Shown: one piece after another, positions 20,345-35,300 of the stretch
How positions within the stretch are numbered: position 1 is the first letter of the stretch
Layout: each line of letters starts with the position of its first letter
From: Auanema rhodensis
Taxonomy: Eukaryota; Animalia; Nematoda
Direction of reading: 5' to 3'
Length of the DNA stretch: 64,000 bases
Assembly (NCBI GenBank): GCA_964057225.1
Contig: OZ059899.1
Location: forward strand, 4,216,001 to 4,280,000
Program-made: the position numbers and the translations under genes
Notes under the pieces: model-generated
What the model saw: only the letters and a program-made list of their open reading frames with translations
Told to the model about the DNA's origin: nothing
Databases searched by the model: none

Positions 20345-23300
20345 TAGTTGTGAATATTAATCTCCTAATCTAATTTTTGTTTCAATCATTTTGTAAATCT
20401 CTTGAAAAAAAATATAGAAAAGTTAAGAACTCGAAGAATAAAACCAAAACTACTGTTGGAGATATGGGGAATCGAACCCCAGACTTCTCGCATGCAAAGC
20501 TAGCGCTCTACCCCTGAGCTATATCCCCACATTTGACAGAATATATGACTGTGAGTTTGTTCAAACTTGAAGAACCTCTTGATCAAAAATTTTAGTTGTG
20601 AATATTAATTTCCTAATCTAATTTTTCTTTCAATCATTTTGTAAATTTCCTGAAAAAAAATTTATAAAAGTAAAGAACTTGAAGAATAAAACCAAAACTA
20701 CTGTTGGAGATATGGGGAATCGAACACCAGACTTCTCGCATGCAAAGCGAGCGCTCTACCCCTGAGCTATATCCCCACATTTGACAGAATATATGACTGT
20801 GAGTTTGTTCAAACTTGAAGAACCTCTTGATCAAAAATTTTAGTTGTGAATATTAATTTCCTAATCTAATTTTTCTTTCAATCATTTTGTAAATTTCCTG
20901 AAAAAAAATTTATAAAAGTAAAGAACTTGAAGAATAAAACCAAAACTACTGTTGGAGATATGGGGAATCGAACACCAGACTTCTCGCATGCAAAGCGAGG
21001 GCTCTACCCCTGAGCTATATCCCCACATTCGACAGAATATATGACTGTGAGTTTGTTCAAACTTGAAGAACCTCTTGATCAAAAATTTTAGTTGTGAATA
21101 TTAATCTCCTAATCTAATTTTTATTTCAATCATTTTGTAAATTTCCTGAAAAAAAATTTATAAAAGTAAAGAACTTGAAGAATAAAACCAAAACTACTGT
21201 TGGAGATATGGGGAATCGAACCCCAGACTTCTCGCATGCAAAGCGAGCGCTCTACCCCTGAGCTATATCCTCACATTTGACAGAATATATGACTGTGAGT
21301 TTGTTCAAACTTGAAGAACCTCTTGATCAAAAATTTTAGTTGTGAATATTAATCTCCTAATCTAATTTTTGTTTCAATCATTTTGTAAATCTCCTGAAAA
21401 AAAAATATAGAAAAGTAAAGAACTTGAAGAATAAAAGCAAAACTACTGTTGGAGATATGGGGAATCGAACCCCAGACTTCTCGCATGCAAAGCGAGCGCT
21501 CTACCCCTGAGCTATATCCCCACATTCGACAGAATATATGACTGTGAGTTTGTTCAAACTTGAAGAACCTCTTGATCAAAAATTTTAGTTGTGAATATTA
21601 ATCTCCTAATCTAATTTTTGTTTCAATCATTTTGTAAATCTCTTGAAAAAAATATAGAAAAGCAAAGAACTTGAAGAATAAAACCAAAACTACTGTTGGA
21701 GATATGGGGAATCGAACCCCAGACTTCTCGCATGCAAAGCGAGCGCTCTACCCCTGAGCTATATCCCCACATTCGACAGAATATATGACTGTGAGTTTGT
21801 TCAAACTTGAAGAACCTCTTGATCAGAAATTTTAGTTGTGAATATTAATTTTCTAATCTAATTTTTCTTTCAATCATTTTGTAAATCTCCTGAAAAAAAA
21901 TATATAAAAGTAAAGAACTTGAAGAATAAAACCAAAACTACTGTTGGAGATATGGGGAATCGAACCCCAGACTTCTGGCATGCAAAGCGAGCGCTCTACC
22001 CCTGAGCTATATCCCCACATTCGACAAAGTCAATGACTGTGAGTTTGTTCAAACTTGAAGAACCTCTTGATCAAAAATTTTAGTTGTGAATATTAATTTC
22101 CTAATCTAATTTTTCTTTCAATCATTTTGTAAATTTCCTGAAAAAAAATATAGAAAAGTAAAGAACTTGAAAAATAAAACCAAAACTACTGTTGGAGATA
22201 TGGGGAATCGAACCCCAGACTTCTCGCATGCAAAGCTAGCGCTCTACCCCTGAGCTATATCCCCACATTTGACAGAATATATGACTGTGAGTTTGTTCAA
22301 ACTTGAAGAACCTCTTGATCAAAAATTTTAGTTGTGAATATTAATTTCCTAATCTAATTTTTCTTTCAATCATTTTGTAAATTTCCTGAAAAAAAATTTA
22401 TAAAAGTAAAGAACTTGAAGAATAAAACCAAAACTACTGTTGGAGATATGGGGAATCGAACCCCAGACTTCTCGCATGCAAAGCGAGCGCTCTACCCCTG
22501 AGCTATATCCCCACATTCGACAGAATATATGACTGTGAGTTTGTTCAAACTTGAAGAACCTCTTGATCAAAAATTTTAGTTGTGAATATTAATCTCCTAA
22601 TCTAATTTTTGTTTCAATCATTTTGTAAATCTCCTGAAAAAAAATATAGTAAAGTAAAGAACTTGAAGAATAAAACCAAAACTACTGTTGGAGATATGGG
22701 GAATCGAACCCCAGACTTCTCGCATGCAAAGCGAGCGCTCTACCCCTGAGCTATATCCTCACATTTGACAGAATATATGACTGTGAGTTTGTTCAAACTT
22801 GAAAAACCTCTTGATCAAAAATTTTAGTTGTGAATATTAATTTCCTAATCTAATTTTTCTTTCAATCATTTTGTAAATTTCCTGAAAAAAAATTTATAAA
22901 AGTAAAGAACTTGAAGAATAAAACCAAAACTACTGTTGGAGATATGGGGAATCGAACCCCAGACTTCTCGCATGCAAAGCGAGCGCTCTACCCCTGAGCT
23001 ATATCCCCACATTTGACAGAATATATGACTGTGAGTTTGTTCAAACTTGAAGAACCTCTTGATCAAAAATTTTAGTTGTGAATATTAATTTCCTAATCTA
23101 ATTTTTGTTTCAATCATTTTGTAAATCTCCTGAAAAAAAATATAGAAAAGTAAAGAACTTGAAGAATAAAACCAAAACTACTGTTGGAGATATGGGGAAT
23201 CGAACCCCAGACTTCTCGCATGCAAAGCTAGCGCTCTACCCCTGAGCTATATCCCCACATTTGACAGAATATATGACTGTGAGTTTGTTCAAACTTGAAG

Positions 23301-26300
23301 AACCTCTTGATCAAAAATTTTAGTTGTGAATATTAATTTCCTAATCTAATTTTTCTTTCAATCATTTTGTAAATTTCCTGAAAAAAAATTTATAAAAGTA
23401 AAGAACTTGAAGAATAAAACCAAAACTACTGTTGGAGATATGGGGAATCGAACCCCAGACTTCTCGCATGCAAAGCGAGCGCTCTACCCCTGAGCTATAT
23501 CCCCACATTCGACAGAATATATGACTGTGAGTTTGTTCAAACTTGAAGAACCTCTTGATCAAAAATTTTAGTTGTGAATATTAATCTCCTAATCTAATTT
23601 TTGTTTCAATCATTTTGTAAATCTCCTGAAAAAAAATATAGAAAAGTAAAGAACTTGAAGAATAAAACCAAAACTACTGTTGGAGATATGGGGAATCGAA
23701 CCCCAGACTTCTCGCATGCAAAGCGAGCGCTCTACCCCTGAGCTATATCCTCACATTTGACAGAATATATGACTGTGAGTTTGTTCAAACTTGAAAAACC
23801 TCTTGATCAAAAATTTTAGTTGTGAATATTAATTTCCTAATCTAATTTTTCTTTCAATCATTTTGTAAATTTCCTGAAAAAAAATTTATAAAAGTAAAGA
23901 ACTTGAAGAATAAAACCAAAACTACTGTTGGAGATATGGGGAATCGAACCCCAGACTTCTCGCATGCAAAGCGAGCGCTCTACCCCTGAGCTATATCCCC
24001 ACATTTGACAGAATATATGACTGTGAGTTTGTTCAAACTTGAAGAACCTCTTGATCAAAAATTTTAGTTGTGAATATTAATTTCCTAATCTAATTTTTGT
24101 TTCAATCATTTTGTAAATCTCCTGAAAAAAAATATAGAAAAGTAAAGAACTTGAAGAATAAAACCAAAACTACTGTTGGAGATATGGGGAATCGAACCCC
24201 AGACTTCTCGCATGCAAAGCGAGCGCTCTACCCCTGAGCTATATCCCCACATTTGACAGAATATATGACTGTGAGTTTGTTCAAACTTGAAGAACCTCTT
24301 GATCAAAAATTTTAGTTGTGAATATTAATCTCCTAATCTAATTTTTGTTTCAATCATTTTGTAAATCTCTTGAAAAAAATATAGAAAAGTTAAGAACTCG
24401 AAGAATAAAACCAAAACTACTGTTGGAGATATGGGGAATCGAACCCCAGACTTCTCGCATGCAAAGCGAGCGCTCTACCCCTGAGCTATATCCCCACATT
24501 CGACAGAATATATGACTGTGAGTTTGTTCAAACTTGAAGAACCTCTTGATCAAAAATTTTAGTTGTGAATATTAATTTCCTAATCTAATTTTTCTTTCAA
24601 TCATTTTGTAAATTTCCTGAAAAAAAATATAGAAAAGTAAAGAACTTGAAAAATAAAACCAAAACTACTGTTGGAGATATGGGGAATCGAACCCCAGACT
24701 TCTCGCATGCAAAGCTAGCGCTCTACCCCTGAGCTATATCCCCACATTTGACAGAATATATGACTGTGAGTTTGTTCAAACTTGAAGAACCTCTTGATCA
24801 AAAATTTTAGTTGTGAATATTAATTTCCTAATCTAATTTTTCTTTCAATCATTTTGTAAATTTCCTGAAAAAAAATTTATAAAAGTAAAGAACTTGAAGA
24901 ATAAAACCAAAACTACTGTTGGAGATATGGGGAATCGAACCCCAGACTTCTCGCATGCAAAGCGAGCGCTCTACCCCTGAGCTATATCCCCACATTCGAC
25001 AGAATATATGACTGTGAGTTTGTTCAAACTTGAAGAACCTCTTGATCAAAAATTTTAGTTGTGAATATTAATCTCCTAATCTAATTTTTGTTTCAATCAT
25101 TTTGTAAATCTCCTGAAAAAAAATATAGAAAAGTAAAGAACTTGAAGAATAAAACCAAAACTACTGTTGGAGATATGGGGAATCGAACCCCAGACTTCTC
25201 GCATGCAAAGCGAGCGCTCTACCCCTGAGCTATATCCTCACATTTGACAGAATATATGACTGTGAGTTTGTTCAAACTTGAAAAACCTCTTGATCAAAAA
25301 TTTTAGTTGTGAATATTAATTTCCTAATCTAATTTTTCTTTCAATCATTTTGTAAATTTCCTGAAAAAAAATTTATAAAAGTAAAGAACTTGAAGAATAA
25401 AACCAAAACTACTGTTGGAGATATGGGGAATCGAACCCCAGACTTCTCGCATGCAAAGCGAGCGCTCTACCCCTGAGCTATATCCCCACATTTGACAGAA
25501 TATATGACTGTGAGTTTGTTCAAACTTGAAGAACCTCTTGATCAAAAATTTTAGTTGTGAATATTAATTTCCTAATCTAATTTTTGTTTCAATCATTTTG
25601 TAAATCTCCTGAAAAAAAATATAGAAAAGTAAAGAACTTGAAGAATAAAACCAAAACTACTGTTGGAGATATGGGGGAATCGAACCCCAGACTTCTCGCA
25701 TGCAAAGCGAGCGCTCTACCCCTGAGCTATATCCCCACATTTGACAGAATATATGACTGTGAGTTTGTTCAAACTTGAAGAACCTCTTGATCAAAAATTT
25801 TAGTTGTGAATATTAATCTCCTAATCTAATTTTTGTTTCAATCATTTTGTAAATCTCTTGAAAAAAATATAGAAAAGTTAAGAACTCGAAGAATAAAACC
25901 AAAACTACTGTTGGAGATATGGGGAATCGAACCCCAGACTTCTCGCATGCAAAGCGAGCGCTCTACCCCTGAGCTATATCCCCACATTCGACAGAATATA
26001 TGACTGTGAGTTTGTTCAAACTTGAAGAACCTCTTGATCAAAAATTTTAGTTGTGAATATTAATTTCCTAATCTAATTTTTCTTTCAATCATTTTGTAAA
26101 TTTCCTGAAAAAAAATATAGAAAAGTAAAGAACTTGAAAAATAAAACCAAAACTACTGTTGGAGATATGGGGAATCGAACCCCAGACTTCTCGCATGCAA
26201 AGCTAGCGCTCTACCCCTGAGCTATATCCCCACATTTGACAGAATATATGACTGTGAGTTTGTTCAAACTTGAAGAACCTCTTGATCAAAAATTTTAGTT

Positions 26301-29300
26301 GTGAATATTAATTTCCTAATCTAATTTTTCTTTCAATCATTTTGTAAATTTCCTGAAAAAAAATTTATAAAAGTAAAGAACTTGAAGAATAGAACCAAAA
26401 CTACTGTTGGAGACATGGGGAATCGAACACCAGACTTCTCGCATGCAAAGCGAGCGCTCTACCCCTGAGCTATATCCCCACATTCGACAGAATATATGAC
26501 TGTGAGTTTGTTCAAACTTGAAGAACCTCTTGATCAAAAATTTTAGTTGTGAATATTAATCTCCTAATCTAATTTTTGTTTCAATCATTTTGTAAATCTC
26601 CTGAAAAAAAATATAGAAAAGTAAAGAACTTGAAGAATAATACCAAAACTACTGTTGGAGATATGGGGAATCGAACCCCAGACTTCTCGCATGCAAAGCG
26701 AGCGCTCTACCCCTGAGCTATATCCCCACATTCAACAGAATATATGACTGTGAGTTTGTTCAAACTTGAAGAACCTCTTGATCAGAAATTTTAGTTGTGA
26801 ATATTAATTTCTTAATCTAATTTTTCTTTCAATCATTTTGTAAATCTCCTGAAAAAAAATATATAAAAGTAAAGAACTTGAAGAATAAAACCAAAACTAC
26901 TGTTGGAGATATGGGGAATCGAACCCCAGACTTCTCGCATGCAAAGCGAGCGCTCTACCCCTGAGCTATATCCCCACATTTGACAGAGTATATGACTGTG
27001 AGTTTGTTCAAACTTGAAGAACCTCTTGATCAAAAATTTTAGTTGTGAATATTAATCTCCTAATCTAATTTTTGTTTCAATCATTTTGTAAATCTCTTTA
27101 AAAAAAATATAGAAAAGTTAAGAACTCGAAGAATAAAACCAAAACTACTGTTGGAGATATGGGGAATCGAACCCCAGACTTCTCGCATGCAAAGCGAGCG
27201 CTCTACCCCTGAGCTATATCCCCACATTCGACAGAATATATGACTGTGAGTTTGTTCAAACTTGAAGAACCTCTTGATCAAAAATTTTAGTTGTGAATAT
27301 TAATTTCCTAATCTAATTTTTCTTTCAATCATTTTGTAAATTTCCTGAAAAAAATTTTATAAAAGTAAAGAACTTGAAGAATAAAACCAAAACTACTGTT
27401 GGAGATATGGGGAATCGAACCCCAGACTTCTCGCATGCAAAGCGAGCGCTCTACCCCTGAGCTATATCCCCACATTCGACAAAGTCAATGACTGTGAGTT
27501 TGTTCAAACTTGAAGAACCTCTTGATCAAAAATTTTAGTTGTGAATATTAATTTCCTAATCTAATTTTTCTCTCAATCATTTTGTAAATCTCCTGAAAAA
27601 AAATATAGAAAAGTAAAGAACTTGAAGAATAAAACCGAAACTACTGTTGGAGATATGAGGGATCGAACCCCAGACTTCTCGCATGCAAAGCGAGCGCTCT
27701 ACCCCTGAGCTATATCCCCACATTCGACAAAGTCAATGACTGTGAGTTTGTTCAAACTTGAAAAACCTCTTGATCAAAAATTTTAGTTGTGAATGTTAAT
27801 TTCCTAATCTAATTTTCCTTTCAATCATTTTGTAAATTTCCTGAAAAAAAATTTATAAAAGTAAAGAACTTGAAGAATAAAACCAAAACTACTGTTGGAG
27901 ATATGGGGAATCGAACCCCAGACTTCTCGCATGCAAAGCGAGCGCTCTACCCCTGAGCTATATCCCCACATTTGACAGAATATATGACTGTGAGTTTGTT
28001 CAAACTTGAAGAACCTCTTGATCAAAAATTTTAGTTGTGAATATTAATTTCCTAATCTAATTTTTGTTTCAATCATTTTGTAAATCTCCTGAAAAAAAAT
28101 ATAGAAAAGTAAAGAACTTGAAGAATAAAACCAAAACTACTGTTGGAGATATGGGGAATCGAACCCCAGACTTCTCGCATGCAAAGCGAGCGCTCTACCC
28201 CTGAGCTATATCCCCACATTTGACAGAATATATGACTGTGAGTTTGTTCAAACTTGAAGAACCTCTTGATCAAAAATTTTAGTTGTGAATATTAATCTCC
28301 TAATCTAATTTTTGTTTCAATCATTTTGTAAATCTCTTGAAAAAAATATAGAAAAGTTAAGAACTCGAAGAATAAAACCAAAACTACTGTTGGAGATATG
28401 GGGAATCGAACCCCAGACTTCTCGCATGCAAAGCGAGCGCTCTACCCCTGAGCTATATCCCCACATTCGCCAGAATATATGACTGTGAGTTTGTTCAAAC
28501 TTGAAGAACCTCTTGATCAAAAATTTTAGTTGTGAATATTAATTTCCTAATCTAATTTTTCTTTCAATCATTTTGTAAATTTCCTGAAAAAAAATATAGA
28601 AAAGTAAAGAACTTGAAAAATAAAACCAAAACTACTGTTGGAGATATGGGGAATCGAACCCCAGACTTCTCGCATGCAAAGCTAGCGCTCTACCCCTGAG
28701 CTATATCCCCACATTTGACAGAATATATGACTGTGAGTTTGTTCAAACTTGAAGAACCTCTTGATCAAAAATTTTAGTTGTGAATATTAATTTCCTAATC
28801 TAATTTTTCTTTCAATCATTTTGTAAATTTCCTGAAAAAAAATTTATAAAAGTAAAGAACTTGAAGAATAGAACCAAAACTACTGTTGGAGACATGGGGA
28901 ATCGAACACCAGACTTCTCGCATGCAAAGCGAGCGCTCTACCCCTGAGCTATATCCCCACATTCGACAGAATATATGACTGTGAGTTTGTTCAAACTTGA
29001 AGAACCTCTTGATCAAAAATTTTAGTTGTGAATATTAATCTCCTAATCTAATTTTTGTTTCAATCATTTTGTAAATCTCCTGAAAAAAAATATAGAAAAG
29101 TAAAGAACTTGAAGAATAATACCAAAACTACTGTTGGAGATATGGGGAATCGAACCCCAGACTTCTCGCATGCAAAGCGAGCGCTCTACCCCTGAGCTAT
29201 ATCCCCACATTTGACAGAATATATGACTGTGAGTTTGTTCAAACCTGAAAAACCTCTTGATCAAAAATTTTAGTTGTGAATATTAATTTCCTAATCTAAT

Positions 29301-32300
29301 TTTTCTTTCAATCATTTTGTAAATTTCCTGAAAAAAAATTTATAAAAGTAAAGAACTTGAAGAATAAAACCAAAACTACTGTTGGAGATATGGGGAATCG
29401 AACCCCAGACTTCTCGCATGCAAAGCGAGCGCTCTACCCCTGAGCTATATCCCCACATTCAACAGAATATATGACTGTGAGTTTGTTCAAACTTGAAGAA
29501 CCTCTTGATCAGAAATTTTAGTTGTGAATATTAATTTCTTAATCTAATTTTTCTTTCAATCATTTTGTAAATCTCCTGAAAAAAAATATATAAAAGTAAA
29601 AAACTTGAAGAATAAAACCAAAACTACTGTTGGAGATATGGGGAATCGAACCCCAGACTTCTCGCATGCAAAGCGAGCGCTCTACCCCTGAGCTATATCC
29701 CCACATTTGACAGAGTATATGACTGTGAGTTTGTTCAAACTTGAAGAACCTCTTGATCAAAAATTTTAGTTGTGAATATTAATCTCCTAATCTAATTTTT
29801 GTTTCAATCATTTTGTAAATCTCTTGAAAAAAAATATAGAAAAGTTAAGAACTCGAAGAATAAAACCAAAACTACTGTTGGAGATATGGGGAATCGAACC
29901 CCAGACTTCTCGCATGCAAAGCGAGCGCTCTACCCCTGAGCTATATCCCCACATTCGACAGAATATATGACTGTGAGTTTGTTCAAACTTGAAGAACCTC
30001 TTGATCAAAAATTTTAGTTGTGAATATTAATTTCCTAATCTAATTTTTCTTTCAATCATTTTGTAAATTTCCTGAAAAAAAATTTATAAAAGTAAAGAAC
30101 TTGAAGAATAAAACCAAAACTACTGTTGGAGATATGGGGAATCGAACCCCAGACTTCTCGCATGCAAAGCGAGCGCTCTACCCCTGAGCTATATCCCCAC
30201 ATTCAACAGAATATATGACTGTGAGTTTGTTCAAACTTGAAGAACCTCTTGATCAGAAATTTTAGTTGTGAATATTAATTTCTTAATCTAATTTTTCTTT
30301 CAATCATTTTGTAAATCTCCTGAAAAAAAATATATAAAAGTAAAGAACTTGAAGAATAAAACCAAAACTACTGTTGGAGATATGGGGAATCGAACCCCAG
30401 ACTTCTCGCATGCAAAGCGAGCGCTCTACCCCTGAGCTATATCCCCACATTTGACAGAGTATATGACTGTGAGTTTGTTCAAACTTGAAGAACCTCTTGA
30501 TCAAAAATTTTAGTTGTGAATATTAATCTCCTAATCTAATTTTTGTTTCAATCATTTTGTAAATCTCTTTAAAAAAAATATAGAAAAGTTAAGAACTCGA
30601 AGAATAAAACCAAAACTACTGTTGGAGATATGGGGAATCGAACCCCAGACTTCTCGCATGCAAAGCGAGCGCTCTACCCCTGAGCTATATCCCCACATTC
30701 GACAGAATATATGACTGTGAGTTTGTTCAAACTTGAAGAACCTCTTGATCAAAAATTTTAGTTGTGAATATTAATTTCCTAATCTAATTTTTCTTTCAAT
30801 CATTTTGTAAATTTCCTGAAAAAAATTTTATAAAAGTAAAGAACTTGAAGAATAAAACCAAAACTACTGTTGGAGATATGGGGAATCGAACCCCAGACTT
30901 CTCGCATGCAAAGCGAGCGCTCTACCCCTGAGCTATATCCCCACATTCGACAAAGTCAATGACTGTGAGTTTGTTCAAACTTGAAGAACCTCTTGATCAA
31001 AAATTTTAGTTGTGAATATTAATTTCCTAATCTAATTTTTCTCTCAATCATTTTGTAAATCTCCTGAAAAAAAATATAGAAAAGTAAAGAACTTGAAGAA
31101 TAAAACCGAAACTACTGTTGGAGATATGAGGGATCGAACCCCAGACTTCTCGCATGCAAAGCGAGCGCTCTACCCCTGAGCTATATCCCCACATTCGACA
31201 AAGTCAATGACTGTGAGTTTGTTCAAACTTGAAGAACCTCTTGATCAAAAATTTTAGTTGTGAATATTAATTTCCTAATCTAATTTTTCTCTCAATCATT
31301 TTGTAAATCTCCTGAAAAAAAATATAGAAAAGTAAAGAACTTGAAGAATAAAACCAAAACTACTGTTGGAGATATGAGGGATCGAACCCCAGACTTCTCG
31401 CATGCAAAGCGAGCGCTCTACCCCTGAGCTATATCCCCACATTCGACAGAATATATGACTGTGAGTTTGTTCAAACTTGAAGAACCTCTTGATCAAAAAT
31501 TTTAGTTGTGAATATTAATCTCCTAATCTAATTTTTGTTTCAATCATTTTGTAAATCTCCTGAAAAAAAATATAGAAAAGTAAAGAACTTGAAGAATAAA
31601 ACCAAAACTACTGTTGGAGATATGGGGAATCGAACCCCAGACTTCTCGCATGCAAAGCGAGCGCTCTACCCCTGAGCTATATCCTCACATTTGACAGAAT
31701 ATATGACTGTGAGTTTGTTCAAACTTGAAAAACCTCTTGATCAAAAATTTTAGTTGTGAATATTAATTTCCTAATCTAATTTTTCTTTCAATCATTTTGT
31801 AAATTTCCTGAAAAAAAATTTATAAAAGTAAAGAACTTGAAGAATAAAACCAAAACTACTGTTGGAGATATGGGGAATCGAACCCCAGACTTCTCGCATG
31901 CAAAGCGAGCGCTCTACCCCTGAGCTATATCCCCACATTTGACAGAATATATGACTGTGAGTTTGTTCAAACTTGAAGAACCTCTTGATCAAAAATTTTA
32001 GTTGTGAATATTAATTTCCTAATCTAATTTTTGTTTCAATCATTTTGTAAATCTCCTGAAAAAAAATATAGAAAAGTAAAGAACTTGAAGAATAAAACCA
32101 AAACTACTGTTGGAGATATGGGGAATCGAACCCCAGACTTCTCGCATGCAAAGCGAGCGCTCTACCCCTGAGCTATATCCCCACATTTGACAGAATATAT
32201 GACTGTGAGTTTGTTCAAACTTGAAGAACCTCTTGATCAAAAATTTTAGTTGTGAATATTAATCTCCTAATCTAATTTTTGTTTCAATCATTTTGTAAAT

Positions 32301-35300
32301 CTCTTGAAAAAAATATAGAAAAGTTAAGAACTCGAAGAATAAAACCAAAACTACTGTTGGAGATATGGGGAATCGAACCCCAGACTTCTCGCATGCAAAG
32401 CGAGCGCTCTACCCCTGAGCTATATCCCCACATTCGACAGAATATATGACTGTGAGTTTGTTCAAACTTGAAGAACCTCTTGATCAAAAATTTTAGTTGT
32501 GAATATTAATTTCCTAATCTAATTTTTCTTTCAATCATTTTGTAAATTTCCTGAAAAAAAATATAGAAAAGTAAAGAACTTGAAAAATAAAACCAAAACT
32601 ACTGTTGGAGATATGGGGAATCGAACCCCAGACTTCTCGCATGCAAAGCTAGCGCTCTACCCCTGAGCTATATCCCCACATTTGACAGAATATATGACTG
32701 TGAGTTTGTTCAAACTTGAAGAACCTCTTGATCAAAAATTTTAGTTGTGAATATTAATTTCCTAATCTAATTTTTCTTTCAATCATTTTGTAAATTTCCT
32801 GAAAAAAAATTTATAAAAGTAAAGAACTTGAAGAATAGAACCAAAACTACTGTTGGAGACATGGGGAATCGAACACCAGACTTCTCGCATGCAAAGCGAG
32901 CGCTCTACCCCTGAGCTATATCCCCACATTCGACAGAATATATGACTGTGAGTTTGTTCAAACTTGAAGAACCTCTTGATCAAAAATTTTAGTTGTGAAT
33001 ATTAATCTCCTAATCTAATTTTTGTTTCAATCATTTTGTAAATCTCTTGAAAAAAAATATAGAAAAGTTAAGAACTCGAAGAATAAAACCAAAACTACTG
33101 TTGGAGATATGGGGAATCGAACCCCAGACTTCTCGCATGCAAAGCGAGCGCTCTACCCCTGAGCTATATCCCCACATTCGACAGAATATATGACTGTGAG
33201 TTTGTTCAAACTTGAAGAACCTCTTGATCAAAAATTTTAGTTGTGAATATTAATTTCCTAATTTAATTTTTCTTTCAATCATTTTGTAAATTTCCTGAAA
33301 AAAATTTTATAAAAGTAAAGAACTTGAAGAATAAAACCAAAACTACTGTTGGAGATATGGGGAATCGAACCCCAGACTTCTCGCATGCAAAGCGAGCGCT
33401 CTACCCCTGAGCTATATCCCCACATTCGACAAAGTCAATGACTGTGAGTTTGTTCAAACTTGAAGAACCTCTTGATCAAAAATTTTAGTTGTGAATATTA
33501 ATTTCCTAATCTAATTTTTCTCTCAATCATTTTGTAAATCTCCTGAAAAAAAATATAGAAAAGTAAAGAACTTGAAGAATAAAACCGAAACTACTGTTGG
33601 AGATATGAGGGATCGAACCCCAGACTTCTCGCATGCAAAGCGAGCGCTCGACCCCTGAGCTATATCCCCACATTTGACAGAATATATGACTGTGAGTTTG
33701 TTCAAACTTGAAGAACCTCTTGATCAAAAATTTTAGTTGTGAATATTAATTTCCTAATCTAATTTTTCTTTCAATCATTTTGTAAATTTCCTGAAAAAAA
33801 ATTTATAAAAGTAAAGAACTTGAAGAATAAAACCAAAACTACTGTTGGAGATATGGGGAATCGAACACCAGACTTCTCGCATGCAAAGCGAGCGCTCTAC
33901 CCCTGAGCTATATCCCCACATTTGACAGAATATATGACTGTGAGTTTGTTCAAACTTGAAGAACCTCTTGATCAAAAATTTTAGTTGTGAATATTAATTT
34001 CCTAATCTAATTTTTCTTTCAATCATTTTGTAAATTTCCTGAAAAAAAATTTATAAAAGTAAAGAACTTGAAGAATAAAACCAAAACTACTGTTGGAGAT
34101 ATGGGGAATCGAACACCAGACTTCTCGCATGCAAAGCGAGCGCTCTACCCCTGAGCTATATCCCCACATTCGACAGAATATATGACTGTGAGTTTGTTCA
34201 AACTTGAAGAACCTCTTGATCAAAAATTTTAGTTGTGAATATTAATCTCCTAATCTAATTTTTGTTTCAATCATTTTGTAAATTTCCTGAAAAAAAATTT
34301 ATAAAAGTAAAGACCTTGAAGAATAGAACCAAAACTACTGTTGGAGACATGGGGAATCGAACACCAGACTTCTCGCATGCAAAGCGAGCGCTCTACCCCT
34401 GAGCTATATCCCCACATTTGACAGAATATATGACTGTGAGTTTGTTCAAACCTGAAAAACCTCTTGATCAAAAATTTTAGTTGTGAATATTAATTTCCTA
34501 ATCTAATTTTTCTTTCAATCATTTTGTAAATTTCCTGAAAAAAAAATTATAAAAGTAAAGAACTTGAAGAATAAAACCAAAACTACTGTTGGAGATATGG
34601 GGAATCGAACCCCAGACTTCTCGCATGCAAAGCGAGCGCTCTACCCCTGAGCTATATCCCCACATTCAACAGAATATATGACTGTGAGTTTGTTCAAACT
34701 TGAAGAACCTCTTGATCAGAAATTTTAGTTGTGAATATTAATTTCTTAATCTAATTTTTCTTTCAATCATTTTGTAAATCTCCTGAAAAAAAATATATAA
34801 AAGTAAAGAACTTGAAGAATAAAACCAAAACTACTGTTGGAGATATGGGGAATCGAACCCCAGACTTCTCGCATGCAAAGCGAGCGCTCTACCCCTGAGC
34901 TATATCCCCACATTTGACAGAGTATATGACTGTGAGTTTGTTCAAACTTGAAGAACCTCTTGATCAAAAATTTTAGTTGTGAATATTAATCTCCTAATCT
35001 AATTTTTGTTTCAATCATTTTGTAAATCTCTTGAAAAAAAATATAGAAAAGTTAAGAACTCGAAGAATAAAACCAAAACTACTGTTGGAGATATGGGGAA
35101 TCGAACCCCAGACTTCTCGCATGCAAAGCGAGCGCTCTACCCCTGAGCTATATCCCCACATTCGACAGAATATATGACTGTGAGTTTGTTCAAACTTGAA
35201 GAACCTCTTGATCAAAAATTTTAGTTGTGAATATTAATTTCCTAATTTAATTTTTCTTTCAATCATTTTGTAAATTTCCTGAAAAAAATTTTATAAAAGT